Positions 18,845 to 28,179 of a stretch of 64,000 nt of DNA are shown piece by piece; positions within the stretch are counted from its first letter, which is position 1, and each line of letters opens with the position of its first letter. Location of the stretch: positions 312,314-376,313 of the forward strand of contig CALUUK010000001.1 of NCBI GenBank assembly GCA_944323955.1, read 5' to 3'. This stretch comes from Candidatus Gastranaerophilales bacterium (GTDB lineage: Bacteria > Cyanobacteriota > Vampirovibrionia > Gastranaerophilales > Gastranaerophilaceae). Position numbers and translations under genes: made by a program. Under the pieces are notes generated by a model. It was not told the origin of the DNA. It saw only the letters and a program-made list of their open reading frames with translations, and did no database searches.

Positions 18845-19492
18845 TTGTCTAAACAAATATTAATAATAGGTATGGGCCAGTTTGGAATGTCTTTGGCAAA
18901 ATCCCTTTCTGAAAAAGGAATAGAGATTATTGCGGTTGATATAAATAAAGAACGCATAGACGAAGCTGCTGCATTTGCAGATGATGCAATTTGTCTTGAT
19001 GCAACAGATGAAAGTTCACTGGCAAATCTTTTACCTGCACAAAGAGACATGGTTATATGTGCAATAGGAGCAAGAGAACCTTCCATTTTAACAACTGCTC
19101 TTTTAAAACAAATGGGATGTAATAATATTACAGCAAGAGCAACAGACAAAATTCAGGAAAGAATTTTAAAGGCTGTCGGTGCCAATTCTGTTATTAATCC
19201 TGATGCGGAATACGGGAAAAAATTTGCATATAAAATTATGTACCAAAATATTATTACTCAAGATACATCTGAAGATATTCAATTGACCGAAATACATGTT
19301 CAGCCTTTTATGGAGAACAAAAATCTTATAGAGCTTGCTTTACCGAATAAATACGGAATCATAATTGCAGCAATTAAAAGAGACGGCGCAATAATAAGGC
19401 CTTTTCCCGAAGAGAAACTGAAACTCACCGATACATTGCTTTTGGTTTGCAACGAAGATGCCATTTCCAAAATGATTGAGGAGAATAAATAA
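18845..19492 (+). CDS. ktrA: TrkA/KtrA NAD-binding peripheral subunit
   Basis: ILIIGMGQFGMSLAKSL (GxGxxG) plus a C-terminal TrkA_C-like region. AGGAGG lies upstream of the TTG start. Confidence 0.85.
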   Translation: MSKQILIIGMGQFGMSLAKSLSEKGIEIIAVDINKERIDEAAAFADDAICLDATDESSLANLLPAQRDMVICAIGAREPSILTTALLKQMGCNNITARATDKIQERILKAVGANSVINPDAEYGKKFAYKIMYQNIITQDTSEDIQLTEIHVQPFMENKNLIELALPNKYGIIIAAIKRDGAIIRPFPEEKLKLTDTLLLVCNEDAISKMIEENK

Positions 19493-20115
19493 TGCTTATT
19501 TTTAAATCGATAAAAACTTTTGTTTTTATTTTACTGGTATTTTCAACACTATTGGCTATTGCCGGAATAAGAGGATTTTACAGGCTGGCTCCTTCAATTG
19601 AACATATTAACAGTCATAATACTCATTCTCTTTATGTTGCAGAGAAAATGATGTCTGCTTTTGCCGTAAAAAAAGATATTCAACAATTTGAAACCGCTTT
19701 GGAACAAGGAAGATTAAATATTACCGAATCGGGAGAAGCAGATGCAATCGCGAATATTGAAGCGGAATATAAAAATGCATTTTTAGACAATAAGCAATCT
19801 CAAAATGTCGTAATTGACAACATAATTAATCTTACTAAGATAAATCGTCTGGCAATGCAGCAAGAAGCAGTCAAAGCCAAAAATATAAGTTCTGCGGCTG
19901 CCTGGCTAATTACTTTTTTAACAATTTTTACATGGTTTATCGGATTTGGTATTCTAAATACTCTGCAAAAACATTTATTTTCTCCCGTAAATGAGATAAT
20001 AAATGTTTTGGATGATTATAAAAAGGGAAACAAACTAAGACGTTGTCCGCGCCTTGCACCAAACAAAATCTTTCAGAGTATTTTTAATAATATGAACGAA
20101 ATTTTGGACAAATAG
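19492..20115 (+). CDS. Two-TM membrane protein with a helical extracytoplasmic region and a HAMP-like tail, no output domain
   Basis: TM1 at the N-terminus, a helical loop of about 110 aa, TM2 (AAWLITFLTIFTWFIGFGIL), then a short amphipathic tail. The ATG overlaps the ktrA TAA by 1 nt. Confidence 0.4.
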   Translation: MLIFKSIKTFVFILLVFSTLLAIAGIRGFYRLAPSIEHINSHNTHSLYVAEKMMSAFAVKKDIQQFETALEQGRLNITESGEADAIANIEAEYKNAFLDNKQSQNVVIDNIINLTKINRLAMQQEAVKAKNISSAAAWLITFLTIFTWFIGFGILNTLQKHLFSPVNEIINVLDDYKKGNKLRRCPRLAPNKIFQSIFNNMNEILDK

Positions 20116-20140
20116 AATTTTTACTTACAACAAAAATAAA

Positions 20141-20947
20141 CTATAAATAACATTTTCTGTCTTTTTCGCTGACACCTGCATAAAGTTCAATATACTGCTT
20201 TGCAGGACTTGCATCCACTTTTGTAAGTAAAACTTCTTCTATTTGGAAGAATCCGACTTCTGATGACATTTCAATATCAATTTGAATCGGTTTTCTCCCG
20301 CCGTGTTTTATATGAACTTTTGAGATTGCATTAGCACTATATTTATGAATATCTCCGACTTTAGGAGAATTATTTATAGACAAAGGTATTCTTGCACGGC
20401 CTTTTGTCATATCACAGCCGTCTGCAATTAGCAATAAGCCTGCTTCAAGTGAATGTATTTTTCTTGAAGACATATGTCCGATTATTGCTTCTATAGCCAC
20501 TGATTTTATTACCACACGTTTTTGAACATTATCAGAAAATACTTTATTTAGAGTTCTGTCAATCAAAGGCTGCGCAAGGATAACAGACATTTCTTCATGT
20601 CCTTGCCTTCCTATCATCATACCCAGATCATGCATTAAAGATGCAAGAACCAGTGCACACATACTATCTTCAAATGTTCCTATTTCTTCGTTTTCAAGTG
20701 ACGTCTTAATACCGGACTCATTCAAAATTGTAAGCATTTTTATTGCATTTATCGCAACCTGACGCATATGAACGGGGCCGTGGTCATTATATCCCAATCG
20801 TTTAATAGAAACATTATTTGCATACTCCTGCATTTCCTGCAATTCGGCATCTGCAAATAAATATTCAACCATTTCCGTGCATTTTGGAAAATTTCTTAAT
20901 TTTTCAATAATTTTAGATTCAGTTGCAACTTCTTTAACTGATTTCAT
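20141..20947 (-). CDS. HD-domain metal-dependent phosphohydrolase
   Basis: HGPVHMRQV ... LASLMHDLGM (H...HD motif). Confidence 0.7.
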   Translation of the reverse strand: MKSVKEVATESKIIEKLRNFPKCTEMVEYLFADAELQEMQEYANNVSIKRLGYNDHGPVHMRQVAINAIKMLTILNESGIKTSLENEEIGTFEDSMCALVLASLMHDLGMMIGRQGHEEMSVILAQPLIDRTLNKVFSDNVQKRVVIKSVAIEAIIGHMSSRKIHSLEAGLLLIADGCDMTKGRARIPLSINNSPKVGDIHKYSANAISKVHIKHGGRKPIQIDIEMSSEVGFFQIEEVLLTKVDASPAKQYIELYAGVSEKDRKCYL

Positions 20948-20996
20948 ATCAAACCTCTTAACCGTAATATTATACTATAAAAGAGTCAGGATATCT

Positions 20997-22121
20997 CTAT
21001 ATTTTATATAGGTTATTATATTTTTCTTTAATTTTTTCAAATAAAAACAGTTCTTCTACTCTTGCCTTTGCATTCATACCGTATGTTTGTCTTAATTGTT
21101 CATCATTTAAAAGAGTATTTATTGCCTGTGCAAGTTCATCGGAATTTTCAGGCTGAACTGTAATACCTGTTTTTTCGTTTATTGAAACGTAATTTACACC
21201 GGTTCCAAGCCATGTATTTATAACCGGTTTAGAATGTTTCATAGCATCTAATTGGACAACGGCAAATGCTTCAGATTGCATTATTGATGGCAATACATAA
21301 ATATCACAGGCTTCATAATAATTTTCCAATTCAGAATCCGGAATTCGACCGGTTAAAATAACTTTATTTCCAAGGTTGTTATCTTTTATGTATTCCTTAA
21401 ATTCTTGTGTTAAAGGCCCGTTTCCGCCAAGAAGAAGGCAGGCTCCGGATACTTTTTTCATTGCTTCCAGCAAATACATAAAACCTTTATATTTTACGTG
21501 TCTGCCCAAAGCAAATAATATCTTTTTACCGGAATATTTCCTTCTGATTTCTTCTGCTTTCATAGTATCGTGATGTGTATTCGCATCAACCGAAAAAGGT
21601 ATTATAACCGTTTTTTCTTTAAAATCTTTAATAAAAGAATTTTCAACAAGCTGCGGAGATAATACATGAATTATATCGGCGGCTTTTAAAAACTTTTTAT
21701 AAATCCACCAGAAGAACCTCATTATTTTATCATATCCGACAATATCGCTGTGATATGTTATTACCATCTTTTTATATTTCGGGCGGGCAATAAAATGTGC
21801 TATAACAGCAAAAATAAACGGCATATGATAATGAAGAATATCTGTATCAACTTTTGACAATTTCCATATAAATTGAGGAGAAATTGTATTTGCGGCAAAT
21901 TCAAATAAAAATCTGCACCTTGTATACTTTACATCGTTTTCTTCAGATGAAATATCAATATTTGAACAGCATAAAACCTCTTTATCAAATTCATCATTTG
22001 ATAAACTGTCATTAATCTGAGAAATTACCGACTCAATGCCGCCGATATGCGGATATGCGTATCTTGTCACCTGCAGTATCTTTTTTTTCCTATCAGAGTG
22101 TATTTTATTTTCATTCCCCAT
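20997..22121 (-). CDS. GT4-family glycosyltransferase
   Basis: YPHIGGIESV N-terminal motif and C-terminal PSIMQSEAFAVVQLDAMKHSKPVI (EX7E). Confidence 0.8.
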   Translation of the reverse strand: MGNENKIHSDRKKKILQVTRYAYPHIGGIESVISQINDSLSNDEFDKEVLCCSNIDISSEENDVKYTRCRFLFEFAANTISPQFIWKLSKVDTDILHYHMPFIFAVIAHFIARPKYKKMVITYHSDIVGYDKIMRFFWWIYKKFLKAADIIHVLSPQLVENSFIKDFKEKTVIIPFSVDANTHHDTMKAEEIRRKYSGKKILFALGRHVKYKGFMYLLEAMKKVSGACLLLGGNGPLTQEFKEYIKDNNLGNKVILTGRIPDSELENYYEACDIYVLPSIMQSEAFAVVQLDAMKHSKPVINTWLGTGVNYVSINEKTGITVQPENSDELAQAINTLLNDEQLRQTYGMNAKARVEELFLFEKIKEKYNNLYKI

Positions 22122-22202
22122 AAAATTGACAAATTTCTATCAGTAAAACTTTTTGAATTATAACATAAAATATATTAAGGAAGTAACATAAGAACCAATA
22201 TA

Positions 22203-22228
22203 CAAAAACGCCGTAAATATGCGGCGTT
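22203..22228 (-). terminator. Rho-independent terminator downstream of tRNA-Ser
   Basis: acgccg pairs with cggcgt, and the minus strand carries a T-run (plus-strand aaaaa at 22204-22208). Confidence 0.55.
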
Positions 22229-22232
22229 AAAA

Positions 22233-22322
22233 TGGCGGAGAAGGGGGGATTCGAACCCCCGGCAGAGTTGCCCCTGCACAAACGTTCCAGGTTTGCACCT
22301 TAAACCACTCGGACACCTCTCC
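22233..22322 (-). tRNA. tRNA-Ser (anticodon GGA), type II with long variable arm, CCA encoded
   Basis: Reverse complement: GGAGAGG TG TCCGAGTGGTTTAAGG.. CAAAC-CTGGAAC-GTTTG (anticodon GGA), variable arm TGCAGGGGCAACTCTGCC, T-arm GGGGGTTCGAATCCCCC, CTTCTCC-G-CCA. Confidence 0.9.
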
Positions 22323-22405
22323 AAATGTTTCATCAAAGTATTTATAGCAAAGAAACAAGTCAGCGTCAATATTTAAATATTTATTTTAGTAAGTATAATT
22401 GTTTC

Positions 22406-24121
22406 ATGAAAAAAATCGTTTTAATATTTATTTTCATATTTTTATCTGTTTGTTTTTGGATAAACTATCAAAAATCATCTTCCTGTAAAGTATTGAAAAT
22501 TATCTCACATCAAGAATTATTTATCGATCTCAATAAGAATTTTATTTTAGATGAAAAAGAACCGTTTAAAATTGATAATATTTATGATATTTCGGATTTC
22601 AATGAAGAAATAAGCCGGGAAACAAGATTTATAGCAGATTATTTTTCAAGAGATTTTATAAACAATTTATTGAAAAATAATTTTGTAACCATAAAAGAAA
22701 ATGATTTAATTTTAAAAGGAAAAAGTTATAGAAAACTGCTTTTGGACAGTGGTTTTTTCTATGATAGTACAATTGAGACAAAAGAAAATTTTAAAAACAA
22801 AATTAACAACTATAATCCTAAAGACTATGTTTTAACTTTTTCGGGTTCAAAAAAATATCATAAAATTTCCTGTCCAAATGCAAAAGAAATTAAAACTTAT
22901 AAAATAGTTAAAAAAAATTCGCTGCCAAAAAATATTAAACCCGCAAAATGCTGCCATGGCACTATTACAGAAAATACTAAAAGCACTACAAAGTTTGACG
23001 GCAAATTTTCATCAGGAAATATAAAAATATTTTTTGTTGACCTTAACTCGGTCATGGAACCTGACAATACCTGCCAAACCGATATTTGTAAAGCATTAAA
23101 AAATGAAATAGACAACGCCAAAAATACAATTGATTTTGCTGTATACGGTTTCAATAATCAGCCCAAAATCTTTAAAGCATTGGAAAATGCAAAGAAAAGA
23201 GGCATCAAAATAAGATGGGTAACAAATTTTGAAGATGAAAAAGATGCTTATTATCCTGAAATAGCGAGATTAAAGGTACTTTTGCCATCTTATAATACAA
23301 ATAAAACAATTTCCGGTGCAAAGCCGCAAGGACTCATGCATAATAAATTTTTTATTTTTGACCATAAAAAAGTTTTTACCGGCTCAGCCAATATTACAAC
23401 TACGGATTTATCGGGCTTTAATGCAAATTATTCCGTATTGATTGACTCAAAAGACATAGCAAATATTTATGAAAAAGAATTTGAGCAAATGTATAAAGGT
23501 AATTTTGGTAAAAATAAAATATCGTTTAAAAAAGAAAAAATAATTTTGAATAGCGGAGAAAAACTCTCGGTTCATTTTTCTCCTCAGGATTCTGTCACTA
23601 TTAATTATTTACTTCCTTTAATCAAACAGGCAAAAAAATATATCTATATTCCTGCCTTTTTAATCACTGACAAAAAAATTCAAGAAGCACTAATAGCGGC
23701 TTCAAATAAAGGAGTTGAAATTAAAGTTATAAATGATGCAACTAATGCGAAATCAAAATATACCGTACACAAAATATTACGTAGAAATAAAATAGCCGTA
23801 AAAACTGAAAATTACGCAGGAAAAATGCATATGAAGTCTATGATTATTGATGATAAATTTTCAGTTATAGGCTCTATGAATTTTACATCAAGCGGCAATA
23901 AAAGAAATGATGAAAATGTTATAATTATTGAAAGCAGTGAAATTACAAAATATTTAAAAGATAATTTTATTTACCTTTGGAATAAAATACCGGATAAATA
24001 TTTATATTATGACCCGATGGCTGAATCATTGGAATCAATCGGTTCTTGTTACGACGGAATTGACAATGATTTTGATAAAAAAACGGATAAAGAGGATGAA
24101 GGTTGTTTTATAAAACGGTAG
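22406..24121 (+). CDS. Phospholipase D superfamily protein with two HKD motifs and an N-terminal membrane anchor
   Basis: HNKFFIFDHKKVFTGSANIT and HMKSMIIDDKFSVIGSMNFTSSGNKRNDEN (HxKxxxxD x2). The start is moved to ATG 22406 (MKKIVLIFIFIFLSV) because the track start overlaps tRNA-Ser. Confidence 0.75.
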   Translation: MKKIVLIFIFIFLSVCFWINYQKSSSCKVLKIISHQELFIDLNKNFILDEKEPFKIDNIYDISDFNEEISRETRFIADYFSRDFINNLLKNNFVTIKENDLILKGKSYRKLLLDSGFFYDSTIETKENFKNKINNYNPKDYVLTFSGSKKYHKISCPNAKEIKTYKIVKKNSLPKNIKPAKCCHGTITENTKSTTKFDGKFSSGNIKIFFVDLNSVMEPDNTCQTDICKALKNEIDNAKNTIDFAVYGFNNQPKIFKALENAKKRGIKIRWVTNFEDEKDAYYPEIARLKVLLPSYNTNKTISGAKPQGLMHNKFFIFDHKKVFTGSANITTTDLSGFNANYSVLIDSKDIANIYEKEFEQMYKGNFGKNKISFKKEKIILNSGEKLSVHFSPQDSVTINYLLPLIKQAKKYIYIPAFLITDKKIQEALIAASNKGVEIKVINDATNAKSKYTVHKILRRNKIAVKTENYAGKMHMKSMIIDDKFSVIGSMNFTSSGNKRNDENVIIIESSEITKYLKDNFIYLWNKIPDKYLYYDPMAESLESIGSCYDGIDNDFDKKTDKEDEGCFIKR

Positions 24122-26237
24122 AAGGTGTTATTTTTTCTTTCAAAAACCTTTTATAATTACGCTTTTTAGCTTTCTTTTTGCTATTTGCTTTACCCATATT
24201 TTGCGGATTTTTTATAACTGTCTTTTTAAACTCAACCTCGGAATCCTGGCTGCCAACTAGCATTGATAAAATAACCATTGTGTTATGTCGGATAGAATCA
24301 TAACCAAAAGTAAGTTTTGCATAATCAGGACCAATACTTACTAAAATTCTGTTTTCCTGGAACAAATCATCAGAGCGTACTTCTCTGTTCATAGCAATAG
24401 ATGCCAGATAGCCCAGGGTCAAATACTTACATACTCTCAAACTTTCAATCAAAACAACATTTGAACGTCCGTATCTGTATCTGTCGAAATCAAACGGAGT
24501 TTGTCCTGCAATAGCGGTTTGGAAATACATAATAGACTGTTTCCAGGGGCCTACGCTTGTATTTACCGCAGGTCCTACTCTAAATAAGCCAAAAACATCC
24601 CCCGAAGTATATGCGGCAGCAGATGTTTGCGCAACAAGACCGACATTAAAGCCTATGTTACCTTCGTCATTTTGATAAGAATATAATGTTTTATAAGACT
24701 GTGTCATCCAACGAAATCTGCCTTCTGCATCCCTTGTTCTTACACCGTCTTTGTAATCAACAAAAACACCTGCCGAATATAATTGAGAAAATTTAAGTCC
24801 TAAATCTTTTACATAGTCGCTTCTTGAATAATCTAAACTTGCTGCGTATTTTGGTTTTCTAAATCCTAAAAACCACTCGCTTCTATTAGTTAATCTTGAA
24901 TAATTTAAATTTAAACCGGGAGCAATTTTTTGTCTGCCGCGTACTAAAAGTTCATCTTTTGAAGTACCGTATGCAACTTCGGTAACATTGTAAGGATTTC
25001 TAAACTTCGCAATTCCGCCTATCCCTATTTTATCACTTGCGTAAGTAACAATAGGAGCTAATTTTAAGGTGGATCCGCCCGGAACATTCAATACAACAGC
25101 AGGACCTGCATGCATCCCCAATAAACTTTGAGAACCAAATTCGGGGATATTTGATTCAATAACTGTATTCTTTTTATTAGAAACAATTCTTGCGGAAGGA
25201 ATAACTGCTATTTTGTGATTTTTAAAGAATAAATCCGCATTTTTAACCGTAATTACATCATGTTCTTTCCTGGAATCTATATAAATAGTATTTGCTTTTA
25301 AAGAATATATGCCCGTTGTTACGTTTTTATTCTGCCAATAATTTTGTGCGGATAAACCGCTTTGATCCACGTAATTTGCGAAAGAATTTGCTCTGAATGC
25401 CAGAACTTCATTTTTTAATATTTTTGCAACACCGTCATATTCTTCTATTCTGTCTGAAAACAGGCGGGCTTCTTTTGCAGATAACTTTATATCTTCAGTT
25501 TTTGTTACAGGATTTTCAATCCAGCCGTCAGGTCTGCTCAAATCTATTCTTACGAAGTCGCCTTCAGTAATTGCATCTTTAGAAGTTAAAACAACATTTT
25601 CATTAGCCTTAACTATGTTTCTGTCGTAATTATAAACAATTTTATTGGCTGATAAATTTAAATCGCCCTTTGTAAATACAATTTTTGCATTACCTATTGC
25701 TTCAACTTCAAACCGGTCAGGATAATATTCCATATAATCCGCAGAAATTTCAAGTTGAGGATTTTCAGGGACATCATCATGATTTTTTTCTTTTTTCAGC
25801 GGTATAAAACTCAGATTCAATTTTTCCCAAAAAGTCTTTTTTTCCTGACCTTCCATAAGACGTTCTTTTTCGTCTTTTTCAATTTCTTCAACTGTTACTC
25901 TTTTCTTTTTTGGAAAAAGCTCAACACTATCTTTTTGTTTATCCGTATTTTCTTTGATTTCTTGTTCAACAGCCGCTTTTTTATCTTTTTCTTCGGCAAT
26001 TTTTGCAGATTTTTGCTGTTTTAATATCTCTTTTTTTATTTTTCTTTCTTCTCTTTTCGCTTTGATAATATTAAAAAGAGAAGAAGAATCACTTTCTTCA
26101 ACATCTTCTTCATATGAAGGATTCAATGAAGAATAGAATGGATCAACACCAAGTTCGGGATAAAAATCAACAGCTGCTGCCCGGCTATGTATAAAAATCA
26201 TTAAAATTATTATTAATATGTACTTTATATTTTTCAC
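24108..26237 (-). CDS. LptD/OstA-like outer-membrane beta-barrel protein
   Basis: Signal peptide, a Lys/Glu-rich linker, an OstA-like beta-jellyroll segment (ISADYMEYYPDRFEVEAIGNAKIVFTKGDLNLSANKIVY...), then a long segment of alternating beta-strand character. Confidence 0.5.
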   Translation of the reverse strand: MKNIKYILIIILMIFIHSRAAAVDFYPELGVDPFYSSLNPSYEEDVEESDSSSLFNIIKAKREERKIKKEILKQQKSAKIAEEKDKKAAVEQEIKENTDKQKDSVELFPKKKRVTVEEIEKDEKERLMEGQEKKTFWEKLNLSFIPLKKEKNHDDVPENPQLEISADYMEYYPDRFEVEAIGNAKIVFTKGDLNLSANKIVYNYDRNIVKANENVVLTSKDAITEGDFVRIDLSRPDGWIENPVTKTEDIKLSAKEARLFSDRIEEYDGVAKILKNEVLAFRANSFANYVDQSGLSAQNYWQNKNVTTGIYSLKANTIYIDSRKEHDVITVKNADLFFKNHKIAVIPSARIVSNKKNTVIESNIPEFGSQSLLGMHAGPAVVLNVPGGSTLKLAPIVTYASDKIGIGGIAKFRNPYNVTEVAYGTSKDELLVRGRQKIAPGLNLNYSRLTNRSEWFLGFRKPKYAASLDYSRSDYVKDLGLKFSQLYSAGVFVDYKDGVRTRDAEGRFRWMTQSYKTLYSYQNDEGNIGFNVGLVAQTSAAAYTSGDVFGLFRVGPAVNTSVGPWKQSIMYFQTAIAGQTPFDFDRYRYGRSNVVLIESLRVCKYLTLGYLASIAMNREVRSDDLFQENRILVSIGPDYAKLTFGYDSIRHNTMVILSMLVGSQDSEVEFKKTVIKNPQNMGKANSKKKAKKRNYKRFLKEKITPSTVL

Positions 26238-26246
26238 ATTCTATCC

Positions 26247-27377
26247 TTATAGATATTTGTTGGGATTTACGTGTTTACCGTTAATACGAACCTCAAAATG
26301 TACATGAGGTCCCGTCGAATAACCTGTTGAACCGACATAACCTATTATCTGTCCCCTTGTAACATTGTCACCGACCGAAACATTTTGTTTTGACATATGT
26401 GCATACAAAGTTGTAGTAGGCGCACCCGTGCAAGAACCGTGGTCAAGAATAACAACTTTCCCATATCCTCCGTACCAACCCGAATAAATAACTTTTCCTG
26501 CATTCGACGCTTTTATCGGAGTACCATGAGGAACTGCATAATCAATACCCGTATGAAAAATCTTTGTATGGAATATAGGATGGATTCTTGAACCGTAAGG
26601 TGAGGAAATTCTTGCTCCGCTCACAGGAAGAATAAAACCGCTGCCAACCACAACACCGCTGTTTTTTGTAGATTTTGAAATAATAGATGTTAATCTGTCT
26701 GATAAACGTTTTAATTCCCTTTCGGAGCGTTCATATGCACGTTTATCATTTTGAATTTTGGCTATCATTGCCTTATTTTGTCTTATTGTAGTTTCAATAT
26801 TTGCATTTTCCCTGTTTATATCACGTATAATACCTGAAAGCTGTCTTTTCTCGCGTTCCAGACGCTGCTTTAATGTCGCAATTCTTGTAGCTTCATCTCT
26901 CAGCGATTGTATTTTCGCTTTATCTGATTGTATTATGAGATTTTGATAATATATTCTGTCCAAAAATTCACTAATGCTTGATGTCGACAGAAGTAAATCC
27001 AAAACAAGTGAACGCTGATTTTTATAAATACATCTTATTCTTTCTGCAGATGCTTTATTTCTCGAATTATACTGGTTAAGATACGAATCAAGCTCTTTTT
27101 GTAAATTTGAAATATTAGTCTGCTTTTTAGAAAACTGGCTTTTGGATTTTTGAAGTGCTCTTTGGTTATTTTCAAGTTTTTGCTGATTTCTGCTGAGTTT
27201 ATTTGATTCTCTCTTTTCCAATCTGGAAAGTGAATTTATTTTCTGTCTTAAGACGGCTCTTTTTTGTTCCACCTGTCTTACGTCCTGAGAGCTATTTGCA
27301 GCATACGAAAATTGAACTATGTTTAAACATAGAACAAGAGAACATAAAAAAACAGCTATTACTCTCATAAAACTCAT
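26247..27377 (-). CDS. M23-family peptidoglycan metalloendopeptidase with N-terminal coiled coil (EnvC-like)
   Basis: HTGIDYAVPHGTPI...GYGKVVILDHG...GYVGSTGYSTGPHVHFEVRING. The N-terminal half is heptad-rich. Confidence 0.85.
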   Translation of the reverse strand: MSFMRVIAVFLCSLVLCLNIVQFSYAANSSQDVRQVEQKRAVLRQKINSLSRLEKRESNKLSRNQQKLENNQRALQKSKSQFSKKQTNISNLQKELDSYLNQYNSRNKASAERIRCIYKNQRSLVLDLLLSTSSISEFLDRIYYQNLIIQSDKAKIQSLRDEATRIATLKQRLEREKRQLSGIIRDINRENANIETTIRQNKAMIAKIQNDKRAYERSERELKRLSDRLTSIISKSTKNSGVVVGSGFILPVSGARISSPYGSRIHPIFHTKIFHTGIDYAVPHGTPIKASNAGKVIYSGWYGGYGKVVILDHGSCTGAPTTTLYAHMSKQNVSVGDNVTRGQIIGYVGSTGYSTGPHVHFEVRINGKHVNPNKYL

Positions 27378-27392
27378 TATATATTCCAGACA

Positions 27393-27500
27393 TTAACCTT
27401 GCATAAAGAATGGCATTAATAAAGACCCTGCCGTCCATAGCAAGAAACAAATTATTATTATTGATATTATAACTTTTCTGTTTTCTCTAAAAAATTCCAT
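27393..27500 (-). CDS. Possible 35-aa single-TM peptide
   Basis: Manual translation: MEFFRENRKVIISIIIICFLLWTAGSLLMPFFMQG. GGGGA lies upstream and the ORF ends 15 nt before the M23 gene start. Below the track cutoff. Confidence 0.3.
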   Translation of the reverse strand: MEFFRENRKVIISIIIICFLLWTAGSLLMPFFMQG

Positions 27501-27579
27501 AATTGATATCCCCAACAAGTATCACACTGGTAACATTTTACCCCAAAAATCAAAGGAAACAAATATATTACATAGATTT

Positions 27580-28116
27580 TTAACAATTAATTTTATATAT
27601 TTCTTTATCGGTAACTATTATGTCACATTTTACATCAAATTCATCGGATGAAATATTTTCTAAAACCAAATCTGAGTATAATAGCACAACTTTTATTATT
27701 TTTTTTGATAGAGATGACAGAAATCTGTCATAGTATCCGCCGCCGTATCCAATTCTGTTCCCGTTCTTATCAGCGGCCAGTGCAGGAATTATTATCATGT
27801 CAATTTTTGAAGAATCTATAGCATCAGTATTCGGTTCGGGAATATCATATTTATTAGGTACAAGTTTGCAATTATTATATGGGCAAACAAGTAAATTTTT
27901 ATCAGAAATTCTTGGCAGAAACCATTTTTTTTCTTTCAGTAAAAACAAGTCAGTTGTTATAACTTCATCATTTACGGAATAATAGCAAAAGATGTTTGAA
28001 GAATTTATCCACTCGGGAAGAGAAAATAAATTTTCATGAATTTTTTTACTCAATTCACGGTGATTTAAAGTTTTTCTGAGCTTTTTTGCTCTGTTTCTTA
28101 TTTCGGTTTTTTGCAT
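27580..28116 (-). CDS. 5-formyltetrahydrofolate cyclo-ligase
   Basis: The NRIGYGGGYYDRFL signature. The start is moved to Met6 (28116) so that it lies downstream of the terminator T-run. Confidence 0.85.
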   Translation of the reverse strand: MQKTEIRNRAKKLRKTLNHRELSKKIHENLFSLPEWINSSNIFCYYSVNDEVITTDLFLLKEKKWFLPRISDKNLLVCPYNNCKLVPNKYDIPEPNTDAIDSSKIDMIIIPALAADKNGNRIGYGGGYYDRFLSSLSKKIIKVVLLYSDLVLENISSDEFDVKCDIIVTDKEIYKINC

Positions 28117-28127
28117 AAAACAATTAA

Positions 28128-28157
28128 ACAAAAAAAAGGGCTTAATTAAAAGCCCTT
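28128..28157 (-). terminator. Rho-independent terminator after the phosphorylase-like gene
   Basis: aagggctt (28136-28143) pairs with aagccctt (28150-28157). The plus-strand A-run at 28128-28135 is the minus-strand T-run. Confidence 0.7.
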
Positions 28158-28179
28158 TTTAAAATTATGAATAGTTTTG

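Noticed and set aside
22175-22405. Track ORF 22175-22369 (-) and the N-terminal extension 22325-22405 of the PLD-like ORF.
   Set aside because: Both overlap the well-folded tRNA-Ser(GGA) gene at 22233-22322. The PLD protein has a natural start at 22406 (MKKIVLIF.. membrane anchor).
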